DNA of 64,000 nucleotides, from assembly GCA_951406725.2 (NCBI GenBank), contig OX597818.1:69130001-69194000 (forward strand), in the 5' to 3' direction. Position 1 is the stretch's first letter. Each line of letters begins with the position of its first letter. This DNA comes from Octopus vulgaris. Lineage: Eukaryota. The notes below the pieces were generated by a model, which was not told the DNA's origin, did no database searches, and saw only the letters and a list, made by a program, of their open reading frames with translations. Positions 1 through 14,399 of this stretch are shown here, piece by piece. The position numbers and the translations under genes are program-made.

Positions 1-772
1 TGTCAGTGTGCATACATGACAGAGAGTAAGTGCCCTGAGAGAAATGATGGACAAAAAAGCATCAGATGTGGTGTGCAAGAGAGATGACTGTGCTGGTATG
101 GTCATGAGCTGCGTATGGGCGAGGAGAGCTGTGTGAAGTGTCACTTCTTAATGGTAGAAGGAACCTGTGGAAGAGGTAGACTCAGGAAGACATGGGATGA
201 GGTGGTCAAGCATGACCAAACGCTGGGCCTCATGGAGGCAATGAAAAAAGACCAAGAACTCTGGAGATATGCTGTGATTGAGAAGACTCAACAAGTAAAG
301 TGAGATTACAGCCATAGCCTACAACAGTGTTGTATGATCAACCCACTTAAAAATGTACCTTTGGATTGTTGGGTGACATAGCATGCTTGAGGAGACGTTT
401 TGAGTCAAGTCAAAAAAAATCAAATGGAAATTGTAGTTGTGGCCTATGCCAGTGCTGCCCAACTGGCTCCCCGTGGGTCGTGGCACACAATGAGCACCAT
501 TCATTGCCAGTGCAGCTTGACTGGCTCCCTGTTCTTCTGGCACATAAAAAGCACCATCCGAACATGGTCAATGCCAATGCTGCCTTACAGGCTCCCATTC
601 CCCCACTACGCTCTTGGAGTGATTGGTGTTAGGAAGGACATCCAGCTGTAGAAACATTGCCAGGTCTGATTGGAGCTGGATGAGGCATCCTGGCTTGCCA
701 GTCCCCAGTAAAACCATCCAATCCTTGCCAGCATGGATAACAGATGTTAAACGATGATGGTGATGATGATGA
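1..772 (+). mobile_element. RTE-clade LINE, 3' portion (RT C-terminus, 3' UTR, (GAT)n tail)
   Basis: ORF 115-303 contains GTCGRGRLRKTWDEVVKHD, typical of RTE C-termini. The UTR carries GTTAGGAAGGACATCCAGCTGTAGAAAC and ends in TTAAACGATGATG, like other copies in the window. Confidence 0.85.
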
Positions 773-1019
773 TATACATATACAAATACATACATGTTTA
801 CACACATACATACATACACACACACACACAGACATACATACATGCATGCATGCATACATACATTCATACATGCATGCATACATACATGCATGCATACACA
901 CACATACGTACGTACATACATACATACATACATACATACATACATACATACATACATACATACATACATACATACATACATACATACATACATACATACA
1001 TACATACATACATACATAC

Positions 1020-1053
<34 letters not shown>

Positions 1054-1060
1054 GCATATA
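773..1060. repeat. (TACA)n/(TCTA)n microsatellite
   Basis: Directly visible tetranucleotide arrays. Confidence 0.95.
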
Positions 1061-1067
1061 TACAAAA

Positions 1068-1215
1068 GCTTTCTGTCTACCAAATCCACACATGAGGCCC
1101 GAGTCAACCCAAAGCTATTGCAGAGGACACTTGCTCAGTGTGCCAGACAGTAGGACTGAACCTGGAACCATGTAGCTGGGAAGCAACCTTTTTACCACAC
1201 AGCCACGCCAGTGCC
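1068..1215 (-). mobile_element. tRNA-headed SINE family B, 5' part
   Basis: Reverse complement of GGCTGTGTGGTAA...GGTTCAGTCC...GAGCAAGTGTC...GGATTTGGTAGACAGAAA; matches the fuller copies at 29912 and 40358. Confidence 0.8.
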
Positions 1216-1673
1216 TATATGAGTGTGTGGTTTTTTATACATATATATATACTGACATAAATACAAATACATGTATATACACAGGCATGCACACACACAC
1301 ACACACAAACACACACAGCATCACAATATCTCGACAGTTACCAATATCACAGCAAACTCATGCACAAACATTTGGTGCTGCACGCATATCTGCAAGGCTT
1401 CACCATAAAACACAGCCGACATTCTACGTAGAGGGACGAAGGAAAATCATGCGACCTAATCTCCTGGATGCATATAACATTAGTAGCATCTCTATAAACA
1501 TTTCATTCCCTCTCTCTCCCTTTATACACATGCAAACACACACACATACCTATGTACGTATACTTACATACAGACACCCACACGTGCATGCACAGAAACA
1601 TACACATATACACACATACACACACACATACATACATACATATGAACTGTGTGCTATAGATATGTATGCATGC

Positions 1674-2100
<427 letters not shown>

Positions 2101-2589
2101 AGTATAGAGTATCCATAGATTTTACTTAGCAACACTTGATTGCATTATCTCCACTGCTAAAACAACAAAATCCTCCCAGAAAAAAAAAATAAAAACAAAA
2201 CGCACCTCACTGATGTAATATATATCTTTTACTCCTTCTTTCACGAGGCAATTGCTAAATCCTGCTTAAAACATGTTTAAAACCATACTCTATTTGTTTT
2301 TATATTCATTTATATATATTTTCTGCCTCCGTTTTTTAAATTTTTTTTTTATTGTTCCTTTTACACCTCCTGAGAATATTTCTCACCGCCAATAACTTCC
2401 GATGGTGAGATGCAATTTTCAGCGTAATGTTTTATTTATTTATATATTTTCTGTTTTCTTATGCATTTTATTTTATTCTATAGATGGTATAAATGCATTT
2501 TGTTGTTTGGAAGTTGCAGCTAGCACATGTATATAAGGATGTGTGCTGTTTGAATGTGTGGGGGTGTTTGAGTGGTGTGTGTGGGTGTC

Positions 2590-3126
<537 letters not shown>

Positions 3127-3500
3127 TAGAATCGAAATCTACAACAATCCCTGAATTAGATGCCACAGAAGAGTACCAAATGTCCCATCTTTTCCATCAA
3201 AGACACGAACCCGTTACTGTAACAGCTTGGGATTCAAGGGACCACAGCTTTTTAATGCCCTACCACAGAACATTAGGAATTTGCAAGGTGTAGACATGGA
3301 AGTCTTCAAAAAACGTCTGGACAGTTTTTATCTGCAATTCAGGAGGAACCCACATTGCGACAGGAGGCACAATGAAGAGTGGCGACATTCAACTCGTTAC
3401 TTCACCAGAAGCAATACTGGAAAATCCCCGGATACAATAAAGGCATTGCACCAGCATGGCCTCAGCCTCTGGCTGAAACCCTTAAATGATAAATGACAAT
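3127..3500 (+). mobile_element. CR1-clade LINE 3' fragment
   Basis: Encodes GFKGPQLFNALPQNIRNLQGVDMEVFKKRLD, homologous to the C-terminus of the 36074 ORF. It has the same CCAGCATGGCC..CAGC..GCTGAAAC tail. Confidence 0.85.
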
Positions 3501-3522
3501 AGAAAAGTGATATATGTATAAC

Positions 3523-3553
<31 letters not shown>

Positions 3554-3607
3554 GTGTGTGTGTGTGTGTGTATATATATATAGTTATTCAAAAGAGAAGA
3601 TTGCATT

Positions 3608-3713
<106 letters not shown>

Positions 3714-3764
3714 GTATATACATATGTGTGTGTATATATATGCATATATATATATGATACATAC

Positions 3765-5610
3765 TTACAGAGTGTTCTTTCATCACACTTCTGTGACCTC
3801 ATCAGTGCTCATTTGCTTTCTTCTTTCTTTTTTGTGTGTCTTTCCTTATTAACGATCTGCCATTTTGTATTCCTATTATATTCCTATTATATCCCTCTGA
3901 ATGTGTGTCTGTGTTTAGTAAGTGTGTGTGTGGGGGGTGGGGGATGTGCCTGCATTATCAGTATCCCCTGTTTATACCCGTTCGTTTAATTTACTTTTAT
4001 TTATTCTATTCATTTCCTTTTCTTTTCTTTCTTCTTTTGTATTAATTTAATTTAATTTATTTTGTTAATGTATATCGTTATTTAATTCCATTTATCTATC
4101 TGTATATTGTTTTATTATCAGTTTATGGGGATCTTATTCTGTCATAGTTTGTGGTGTGTCTGTGGGGGGGTGTACTAGTGTTCCATTCTAGTTTCCTATT
4201 CAGGCTAGATTTATCTTCTATTATATGTGTAGCTTCCGTAATATGTCTAAGCACTGCGTCTGTACTGTTTGCACAAGGTTTTAACTGCTATGTTGTTGAG
4301 TAAGCCCCCATGTTCCTGTTCAGCATGCTGGTACAGAAGCTTATGCTCCCTCCAATGCTCATTTATCCCCTCTCCTTTACTCCATGCTGTCTCCCCTTTG
4401 TACGTCGTTGTCTTGTTACTGCACCGTCATTCTGTACATCTTATACTATAGACTACATTCCTAGCTTTACAGTTTGTTTGTGGACTAAACCTACATACAG
4501 TAGAGTTCCTATCAGTACAGGGGGTTCTACCAAAAAGGTAGGTTGTACCTATTAAGGATTTGATAGGGTTGCCTGGCCTTTCTACAACCTTCATTCTTAG
4601 CTGAAGTTTGTCTAGGGCCCTTCTAAAATGGTACACCAGTTTGCTTCTAGGGTTGGTGTCGACGAACATGACACTCTGGTATTTGTGGCTATCATACCAA
4701 GAGTTGGCCTTCCCTATTTTCTTCTTAGTCCTTTCAGTGGTGTTCCATAACTTGCTCCTATAGAGTGGGCAAATCCCATTCCTATCATTACGTATGATAG
4801 TTTCAAATTTCCTCATGGCTCCTTTGTATACTCTAATCCTTTCTCTATGGCTGTGTCCTAAGAACTGCATGCGGTGAACGAAATATTGTATGTGTCTTTT
4901 TAACTCTGTAGGGTCGTACATGCAGGACACATTTCTCATTATTCTGACGAGGTCTGCCATCAATATATTGAATTTGGCATTGTCTGTGATAGCTGAGTTC
5001 CAGTGGATCAGGTATTTGGAGGCCATAGGTTTGGCATAGTACGAATGAAGGATTCGGGTTTTATTATTCTCAGTTTCCAGCCAGAGTTCTGTGTCTAATA
5101 CTGGTAGTCTATGTTTAGGGTGTTTTGTAGCGTAGTCTATCGTGACCTTAATACTCTGGTGGATGGAGTTAGCTATTTGCTGGATTCTCTCCATAGTATT
5201 AGTTTCTATTTCTATTTCAAGAGTACTGTCTTGTGGGGGTGCCTTTACCACTATGTTGATATCATCAACATAGCGAGAGTACATGTTCACGAGTATGGAG
5301 TTCTGTGTCAGGCGTTCCTTAAGCCTTCTGTCCCACCATACCATGAAAAGGTTGGCCACATCACTGGTGATACTAATTCTGATGGCTGCCACCTAATCCT
5401 GGGCATATATTTTGTTGCTAAACTTAAATGTGAGGCCTTTTAGGGTAACTCTAGTGTATGTACGATCATTTTCTTTACTTGATATTAGTTTTCAGGGATC
5501 TGTATGGCTCTGGTCCATCTGCTCCATCTCTCTATAGGGGTTTTCCTAGCTACAGAAATAATTGTAGGGGTCTACCTCTTAAACATCTGTTGAGGCAGAA
5601 ACTTCTAAGG
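3765..5610 (-). mobile_element. Penelope-like element (decayed RT C-half, GIY-YIG endonuclease, 3' region)
   Basis: ORF 4427-5392 contains ANLFM, YSRYVDD, LPVLD, YYAKP and CKARNVVYSIRC. Past a stop codon the frame continues as YKGET...EH, fitting a GIY-YIG domain. A degenerate hammerhead lies downstream on the same strand. Confidence 0.85.
3770..3810 (-). ncRNA. Degenerate minimal hammerhead motif (family 9)
   Basis: Minus strand: gagca CTGATGA ggtcac-agaagt-gtgat GAAA gaa cactc. Stem I becomes gagcg/cgctc if CpG decay is reversed; the cleavage triplet is lost. Confidence 0.5.
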
Positions 5611-6288
5611 TCAATCACAGCATATCCCCAGAGTTCTTGGTCTTGCATCATTGCCTCTGTGTTGCCCAACGTTCAAAGGTCTCCCTCTTCCACAGGTTCC
5701 TTCCACCATTAAGAAGTGACACTTCACACAGCTCTCCTCGCCCATACGCAGCACATGACCCTACCAGCACAGTCGTCTCTCTTGCACACCACATCTGATG
5801 CTTCTTATGTCCAGCATTTCTCTCAGGGCACTTACTCTCTGTCATGCATGCACACTGACATTACATATCCAGAGGAGCATACTAACTTCATTTCTTTCAA
5901 GCTTACGCACATCTTCATCAGTCATGGCCCATGTTTCACTGCTGTGTAGCATGGCTGTTCCCACACATGCGTCGTACAATCTACCTTTCACTTTGAGCAA
6001 GAGGCCCTTTGTCACCTGTAGGGTTAGAAGCCATCTGAACTTTGCCCAGGCTATTCGTATTCTAGTGGTAACACTCTCTGAGCATCCACCCCCACTACAG
6101 ACTTAGTCACCTAGCTAGCGGAAACTATCAACTATTTATAGTTTCGTCCCTTGGCATGTGATAGAATCAGTTTTCTGAGCATCTGTGGTGCTTATTGCCC
6201 CTGTGCATCTGCTGCATGCAAAAGCTATCTTCCTAGTAAACCTTCCTTTGATGTTGCTGCATCCCTTATGTGTCCAAAGCTTACACTA
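5610..6288 (-). mobile_element. RTE-clade LINE fragment
   Basis: Homologous to 42450-43200: DSFR.LGD, RIRIAWAKFR, RCGVQERRLCW motifs, with frameshifts. Confidence 0.85.
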
Positions 6289-6396
6289 TATATATATATA
6301 TATATATATATAAATGTATGTATGTATGTATGTATGTATGTATGTATGTATGTATGCATGTATGTATGCATGTATGTATGTATGTATTTATATATA

Positions 6397-6588
6397 TAGT
6401 TGAAATTTACAGAAAAACTAAAGACGAAGACACATGTATAAACAACAAGCAGATGTATTAGTTTGATGCTTGGGAAAGTGAGAAAGTCTTTTATATTTCG
6501 AGCCTATGCTCTTCAACAGAAAGGATTAAGAGAAAATAAGCAGAGGGAGAATAAAAATACTTGTGGATTTAGCGATCAAGCATGGCGA
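6397..6588 (-). mobile_element. Short Penelope pLTR-like repeat with hammerhead-like motif (family 2, motif 6488-6523)
   Basis: Minus strand: cttt CTGTTGA a gagc-atag-gctc GAAAT ATA aaag. Further copies at 19949, 26762 and 37426, each next to (TA)n. Confidence 0.7.
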
Positions 6589-6799
6589 CTGGGAGTGCTC
6601 AGCCACTTGCACGTCAGTCTCAAAGGCAAGCTGTTCCATTGGAATGGAACCTTCATTGTCATAAGTGACGGAGTACCAGTTTGTTATATATAGGTATGTG
6701 CGTGTGTGTGTATGTATGTATATGTATGTATATATGTGTGTGTGTGTGTATGTATGTATCTATATGTGTGTGTGGGGGGTACACATGTGCTGGTACCAC

Positions 6800-6975
6800 A
6801 TAAACAGCACTCAGTGTGGTCTGTTAAATGGTTGGCATTTGGCATCGAGCAGTAGAAACCAAGCCAAAACAGACGCCTGGAGCCTGGCCCTCCAGCCTTG
6901 CCATCTCCTGTCAAACCATCAAACCCATGTCAGCATGGAAACCAGACATTAAGTGATGATGATGATGATGATGAT
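6800..6975 (+). mobile_element. RTE-type 3' end fragment
   Basis: GGTTGGCATT...GTAGAAAC...AACCCATGTCAGCATGGAA..(GAT)n tail. Confidence 0.7.
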
Positions 6976-7574
6976 AGCACAAACATTCACATAGAACTTG
7001 GCTGACCAATGCCTTCTGAGGCAATATGGTTGAAGGAGGAAAGTGAACAAAGGTCATTGAATGTGTATGCATGTATATTTTCATGGGCAGGTTTGTATGT
7101 ATATATATATATGTATATGTGCATGTGTGTATGTTTTTATGTATGTATATGTAAGTGTGTGTGTGTGTGTGTTTGTATATATGTGTGTATGTTCCTATGT
7201 ATATATATATATATATAAGTATGGTGTGTGTGTGTGTGTGTATGTAGAACACCTAAATGTGGATAAAATGCCACCCTGGTGCAATGCTACAAAGATTTAT
7301 CAGACAAAACACTCGGCCCCAACATTAAGCACCTCCCAACTCACGTAGCACATTTACCAAACCCTGAAAAAGCCTTTTCTCCTAGTGACAGGAGATGAGA
7401 TTTGAACCCAGAATGCCTACAGCTGTCGTGGATGGTAGTTGATTTATTAAACGTGAAACGATGAATGGTTAAGTTCACCTTGGTACAATTTGAACTTCGT
7501 GCGCCAACCATCTATTATCATCTTTTGACACATTAACAACTCTGAGAATTTTGACACCATCTGTGTGCTTTATA

Positions 7575-7851
7575 TGCTTATATGTATGTCATATATATAC
7601 ACATATATATACACATACACTTATATGCATATAAACATAGTCATATATTCATATAAACATACATACATATTCAGATGTATGTAGCATTGCATATACATAT
7701 GTATATATGTATATATATATCCACTTTTGTTGTATACGTATATGTATGTATGCATATATATATATATATATACATATAAATATACATTTATATATATATA
7801 TACATATATATATGTGTGTGTGTGTGTGTGTGTATATATATGTGTGTGGTG

Positions 7852-7884
<33 letters not shown>

Positions 7885-7950
7885 ATACATATATCTATAT
7901 ATATATTTACATACACATATATATATGTATATGTATATATATATGTGTGC

Positions 7951-7990
<40 letters not shown>

Positions 7991-8215
7991 GGATAGGTAG
8001 ATAGATAGATAGATAGATAGATAGATACAGATATACATATACATATACATATATATACATATATGTATATATATATTGTATATGTGTGTATGAATATATT
8101 TATATACATATGTATGTATATATACGCACACAGACATATATATATATGCATATATATGTATATACTTATATATGTATGTATGTATGTACATATGTGTATA
8201 TGTATATGTATATTC
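7575..8215. repeat. (TA)n/(TG)n/(GATA)n microsatellite block
   Basis: Directly visible. Confidence 0.95.
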
Positions 8216-8614
8216 AATGTTAGTATTGGAGCTAAGTTGGTGTCGACGCATATTCTGCATTGATTAACATTATGTCTGAAGATGACACAAGGCCTGTAAC
8301 AGGCTATTAACTCTCAACCTCTGATCACTCTGGCTATTTTCTTAATCCTTCAGATGTTATGTTATATATTTCCATATAAAAAACGAAAAAAAAGAAAGCC
8401 ATCTCACGGCTATTATCCTACATTATCACTGAATATGTCTCTTAACTGTTTGTCACAACCATAAATCAGTAAATACAATCTATTTTCACTAAGGTCAGAC
8501 GTCTAGCACCAATTTCTTTTTTTTTCTTTTTTCTTTCCAGTTCCTCACCTGCAATAAAATAAGGTAAAAATTATGTTGGATGAAATGAATGCTGTATATA
8601 TAATAGGTGACTAA

Positions 8615-9230
8615 ATTAACCCTTTTGTTACTGTATTTCTGTTAGAATGTACAGCCTTTGTTTTGCTTTTGTTTCAGCATAATGAGGAAATCAGTAAAAC
8701 CAGTTTGTGGCTATTAAGCTGGTGCTTGGAACATAAATCAACACAAAATTTTGATGGAAGATCACAATAACCCTTTTGTTACCATATTTCTATTGAAAGA
8801 ACTGACTTGAAGAATTTTGTGTCAAACAAATCAACACCAGTACGTTTCTTTCTATTAAAGCCTGGAACTTATTCTATCACTCTCATTTGCCAAACTACTA
8901 AGTTACTGGGATATAAACACACCAGCACCATGTCAGGTACTGGTGGAGGACTAACACAGACACAAAGCCACACACACACACACATACACACAAAGATATA
9001 CATGCATATCATCGACCACAATTGATTCCGACAGACTGGTCGTAAGTCAGCCTGTAGGCTTATACTTTGTATATTCAAACTGGTTAGATCTGTCCTCTCA
9101 CACCTTCTCCACAATAAGCAGTCACATCACCGAAATCGCAAAGCGAAAAGATAATGGATGATTAATTGTAAACAATGAGAATAAATAAGAATCGCATTTG
9201 ACAGAGCAATCTGAATGCTAAGGAGTTAAG
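8615..9230. mobile_element. Decayed MITE-like pieces with TTAACCCTTT-type termini, interrupted by a SINE B tail (about 8825-8990)
   Basis: TTAACCCTTTTGTTAC at 8616 and AACCCTTTTGTTACC near 8769; CTGAATGCTAAGGAGTTAA near 9211-9229. Related internal sequence at about 24000-24220 and 56440-56620. Confidence 0.45.
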
Positions 9231-10193
9231 TTGAGGTTAAACAACAACCAACACAGAAAAACATATTGTGTGTACTTCATTTGGCTATTATGATTCTATT
9301 GCTGTTCTTTAAGTCATGCTACACATAAAAGAACCAAACATATTTTATTGTAGCAACAGAGCGGTTCCATTTCAGCTAAAGCCTAAATAACAGCTTAACC
9401 TAGACATAAGTATTTATAGCAAAGAGTCAAACGAAAAGAATACAGCATTCTTTACAGAGAAAAGGGAAAGAAAAGAAATCAATGAATGTAAAAATAACCA
9501 AACTGCAGAGAAGATTTAAAATATTCAGCATCACAAATCACACACTACATTCACTAGACGTGCCCTGGATAAATTATTAAAGTGCAGGACTACACAGTTA
9601 AATACGATAAATGCCATAATGTGACACAGGGTCTCTTAAAGCCAGCACTTATATTCTTCTGTCTCAGCAAAGTTGACGAAACTCTACTCAGAATAATGAT
9701 GGTAGATTACAGCAGATTATTTTTGAAAGGTGACCTGGCAGTTATTTCCATTGCCTCTCCCTCTTTCATCAGCCATTAGTATCTACCACGACCCCTGCCA
9801 CCATCGTTCTCTCACCACCTGTTCCAGTTGCCATTTCACTTGGTTCTTTTCCCAGAAAAACCGATTCCGTTTGGAATTCTCTCAGTGCTCGGATTTCTCT
9901 TGAATCTCTTCAAGAGAGACATGAACGGTCCGCAGCTCACAAACCACAGAGCCTCTGCAAACATCTTGGGCCACATTCTAAACTGTTACTGTGCATACAT
10001 ACACATCAATCTCTCTGTTTACACACACGCACACACACACACACATATATGTGTGTGTGTATACATATTAATATTTAACAGAAGTAACAGAATGACTCTA
10101 GGTTCCATTTTTCTTTTTTGTATCAACATACCTACATATATATTTACATAGGTATATGTGTATATATATTTATATATATATGTATATATGTGA

Positions 10194-10279
<86 letters not shown>

Positions 10280-10420
10280 CTGTAAAAGTAATATGTGACA
10301 ATTATTCGGTAGCCAAGATAAAACACATATATATACATACAAATATATATATAGAGAGAGAGTGGGAGTGATGGAGAGAGAGAAAGAGAGAAAGAAAAGG
10401 AGAGATGCTTATATATATGT

Positions 10421-10461
<41 letters not shown>

Positions 10462-10789
10462 ATTATATATATAGATTGATAGCTATGTATATAGATATAC
10501 ATGGTTTTAGTCTGGAGGAAAGGATTGCTCGACCCCTTGCTCCCTCCCACAGGGCCTCTGGTTCTGATGAGAATGTTGTGAAGCAATTCGGCAGAGTTAA
10601 CATACTTGGAAGGAAGGATTGGGTAGAGATGTTCAGTAAAGGGTGTGGAAGGGGTGGTTGACGCAATATATCTGATGAATGGGTGGTGTGGGCCTGGGTG
10701 GAGCTGATACAAAAACCAAATGGTCGTGTGGAGTGCATAAGACAGAAGTAACAGAGGAGAAAACAGGGAGAGGAGACACAGCATGTCTG

Positions 10790-11030
10790 GGGGCCAGTTT
10801 TGTTGCTGTTCTTGTTGTTGTTGTCATTGTTTTTGCTGTTTAGATTCCGCCCACCCACTGGAAACTTATTGAACAAGTCTCCTCTGGTGAAAGACAAACC
10901 AAATATGACCATCCTGTCATGTTTTTAGATGTAGTGTATTATTTAATGTGCCTTTCACTATTTGAACATAATATGGTGTGATATGAGAAAGATCTGACTG
11001 CTATTTCTTGCAAGCTGAATGGCTACGTAT
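10790..11030 (-). mobile_element. Old dispersed repeat with (AAC)n tail (GCTAGAAATAGCAGCCAAATCTCCCTCAAATCAC family)
   Basis: Degenerate matches also at about 12505, 23850, 29320, 45810 and 49395-49760. Confidence 0.5.
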
Positions 11031-13009
11031 AATCTGCCTCATTATCTTCATTGCTGCTGCTACTGCTGCTGCTGCTGCTGCTGCAGGGAGAAGAAGCACC
11101 AATGGAATAAGAGAACCTTAATGAATACTGAAGCCTGACTTCTTTGCAAAAATTTACAGCATTGAATGGTTCCCAATATATTTATTACTCCATGTACTTC
11201 TCACCTGATTGACTTCTCACCTGATTGACGCACAATGCCATTCAATGTTTCATTCCACTGCTTGTTTATTTCCATAATCTCATGCTGCTGCTTTCTGCCA
11301 TTTCTTTGTTGTCTTGTAGGAAATGAATTCTTCCAGTTGGTATCACATCAAAGTAGACATATTACCACGCCAGTTGCCGATGTCGACGCTGATGATGATG
11401 TTGATCTTGTTTTTATATAACACCAATTTGTTTAACTGAAGGAAATATGTGCAAATTAGAGGTGATTTTGTGTTTTTATTTTCATACAATTAATGAGGTT
11501 CGTGTGTGGTTTTGCCAGCAAAAATTTATTAGCAAACCACACACCAGTCTCATTAATTTTCAGCATTTGGTCCCTTCAAGTCAGCTTTATTTTTGCTTTC
11601 TTCCCCGAAGAATTGAAAGCTAAATCAACCATGAAAGGTCTGGAACTGAGAGCTATATATGGCTAAGCTGCTCACTAATGGTATATTTTGGCACAGTCCA
11701 TTTTGCTTTCTTTGCAGCTAGAATTTCTCTTTTGTTTCCAATTCAGTCATTTTTTTCCCTCTTTTCTTTACTAAAGATTTCTACTATTTTCCTATTTTTA
11801 ATAATATTTTGGAACACATCCTCAACAGTATTTTCTGCCTTATTACAAATTTCTTTAAATTCTTCAAATAAATCCCAGTCATTTTCTACATTTAAATGTC
11901 GGTTCAGATCGAAGTTCTATTTGTGAAAGAGCACTCACACAAGAATTAAATTGCTAATGCTTCTTGAAACCTTATTCATTGCAAAATAAACATTGTTCTT
12001 TAGGCGAAGTCTTCATGAAAGTAATATGATTTGAATACAGCATTCATTTAAGAAGTGAGGAAAACAATTTTTACCTAGTTATCTGAGAAAGTGTCAAATT
12101 TGGTCCTGGCGCTGCATAAGGAAAGCAAATGTGTGGCACTTTCACATTTACACAAAGAACCAACAAATAAATTGAGATGACAATTCTTTCAACAAAACAC
12201 TTATGCTTTAATGGCAAACCTGCAAAGAAGAATTCTTTCAGTTTATTTTTCTCCTAAAAGCTCTCACACAGATTTTCTCATTTCATTTTCTCACCGTTTT
12301 TGAAAATTCATTTTTTTCTTCTGCTTTCAGTTTTTATTATTATTATTTTTTTTTCATTTATTTCCTGTTACCAAAACTGATTAATTACACAAAATATCAT
12401 TATTTTCACATCGTTTATAAGTAAATCATTTACAAGGGAAATCAGTTCCAATAATTACCAAAAGATACATCATGGAAACATTTGAGTCAGTAAAGATCAT
12501 GTAAGCTGCTAGAAATCGCTGCCTAAACTCCCTCAAATCACATTCATTCTACTCTACAAAAATATCGAAAACATATTGAATAAGGTAAAATGCAAGAACA
12601 CCATTTCTAAATGATAGAAGTGTCATAAATTCTTATCATGACTCTGCAAAGTTTCGTCCCGCCTTCACTTACTTACACACACACACACACATACACACAC
12701 ACATGCATGCACAAACACATACTCACTCACGCATACACACATGCACACACATATTATATATGTGTGTATGTATGCATGCAACAGCGTTGACTAAATATAT
12801 GCAGGTAAAGTCACACTAAATGTCCGAGTAAATTCAAACACACAAAGTCCATCATCCACTGCCGAAAGAGTCTCAAGAGGAAATTCCTCTGCTAAGCAAC
12901 ATGCGTGAAAATGCATGTCAGGTTGTGAATAGCCTCATTGGATCGTAAAATGCATGCTTTTGTGCTTTTTCATGCCATCAACAACAAACACCACTGATAT
13001 CATTCACAG

Positions 13010-13325
13010 CCCATCATCATCGTCATTGTCGTCGTTTAACGTCCGCTTTCCATGCTGGCATGGGTTGGATGGTTTGACAGGGGCTGGCAGACCAGAAGGC
13101 TGCACCAGGCACCAATCTGATGTGGAAAGGTTTCTACAGCTGGATGCCCTTCCTAACACCAACAACTCTGAGAGTGTAGTGGGTGCTTTTTACATGCCAC
13201 TGGCATGAGGGCCAGTCAGGCGGTTCTGGCATCAACCATGCTTGAATGGTTCTTTTTACATGCCACAGGCATGGGAGCTAATCACACAGCATTGGCAATG
13301 ACCATGCTCAAATGATGCTTTTTGT
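13010..13325 (-). mobile_element. RTE-type 3' UTR/tail copy
   Basis: (CAT)n-GTTTAACGTCCGCTTTCCATGCTGGCATGGGTTGG...CTGGATGCCCTTCCTAA, followed by roughly 60-bp subrepeats. Confidence 0.85.
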
Positions 13326-13419
13326 ATATGTGTGTGTGCATGAGAAAGAGAGTGTGTGTGTGTGTGTGTCGAGTCGTGTGTGTGCACATAGTCGTATGTG
13401 TGTGTCGATAGTCATGTCT

Positions 13420-13640
13420 CCCTGTTTCAACATCACATAATAGCTGTAAACAAGAAACAGGGTCTGCTTCACTTCCAGAGTTCTATGGAAATATGTTTTG
13501 GTCATGAGGACCACTGAAGCTGGTTTGGATACAGGTGAGAGTTGGTGGCAGGGAGGGCATCCAGACACAGAAAATCTGCCTCAATAAATTCCGTTCAACC
13601 CATGCAAGCATGGAAAAGTAGATTTTAAATCAATGCTGAT
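13420..13640 (+). mobile_element. Related RTE-tailed short element
   Basis: GTTGGTGGCAGGGAGGGCATCCAG...AACCCATGCAAGCATGGAAAAGTAGA; similar pieces at about 40160 (-) and 59350 (+). Confidence 0.6.
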
Positions 13641-14159
13641 GACCACACTTTTTCCATTTCTTGCTGAAGAATTCTTCGTAAAAAAATCGATGGTTTACTT
13701 CTTGTCACAAGGGGAGAGTTTTCTTTGTTAGCCTGCCTTTCACTAAGAGGGTTCTTCTAGCTGACCATTTTTATGGTAAGGGACAATTCTGTGAGGGGAA
13801 GTTAATTAAATGTTTATTTGTTTCCTTTTATGATTTAATTCGATGGTTCTTGAAACTACGACACTCATTATGAAGTGAAAAGTTCCCTTCTTCTCTGCGA
13901 AAGTGACAAATGTCTGCTTCATTTAGTTGGAGCCATCAAACCTTAAATAGGGACATTACACTGTCTAATTAGATTTAAGGGAGGCAGGTGAGGGAGATTT
14001 AGGGAAAAAAATAAAAATTAAACCTTAATAAAATGGAAATTTGTGCAGAAATCTTAATAAAAGAATTGATTGGAGGAAGAAAACTGAATTGAAAGGAAAA
14101 AAATTATAATGAAACAACAAAACAAATGCAAGTAGGGTGGAATCCCATTTTAACAAAAT

Positions 14160-14284
14160 AACAATGATGATGGTGGTGGTGGTGGTGGTGGTGGTGGTGG
14201 TGGTGGTGGTGGTGGTGGTGGTGGTGGTGGTGGTGGTGGTGGTGGTGGTGGTGGTGGTGGTAGTGCTGATAGTAGTCGTGGTGG

Positions 14285-14329
<45 letters not shown>

Positions 14330-14398
14330 CAACGATGATGATGATAGAGAAGAAGAAAGAGGAGGAGGAAGAAGAAGAAGAAGAAGAAGAAGAAGAAG
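14160..14398. repeat. (GGT)n-(GAT)n-(GAA)n compound trinucleotide repeat
   Basis: Directly visible. Confidence 0.95.
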
Positions 14399-14399
14399 G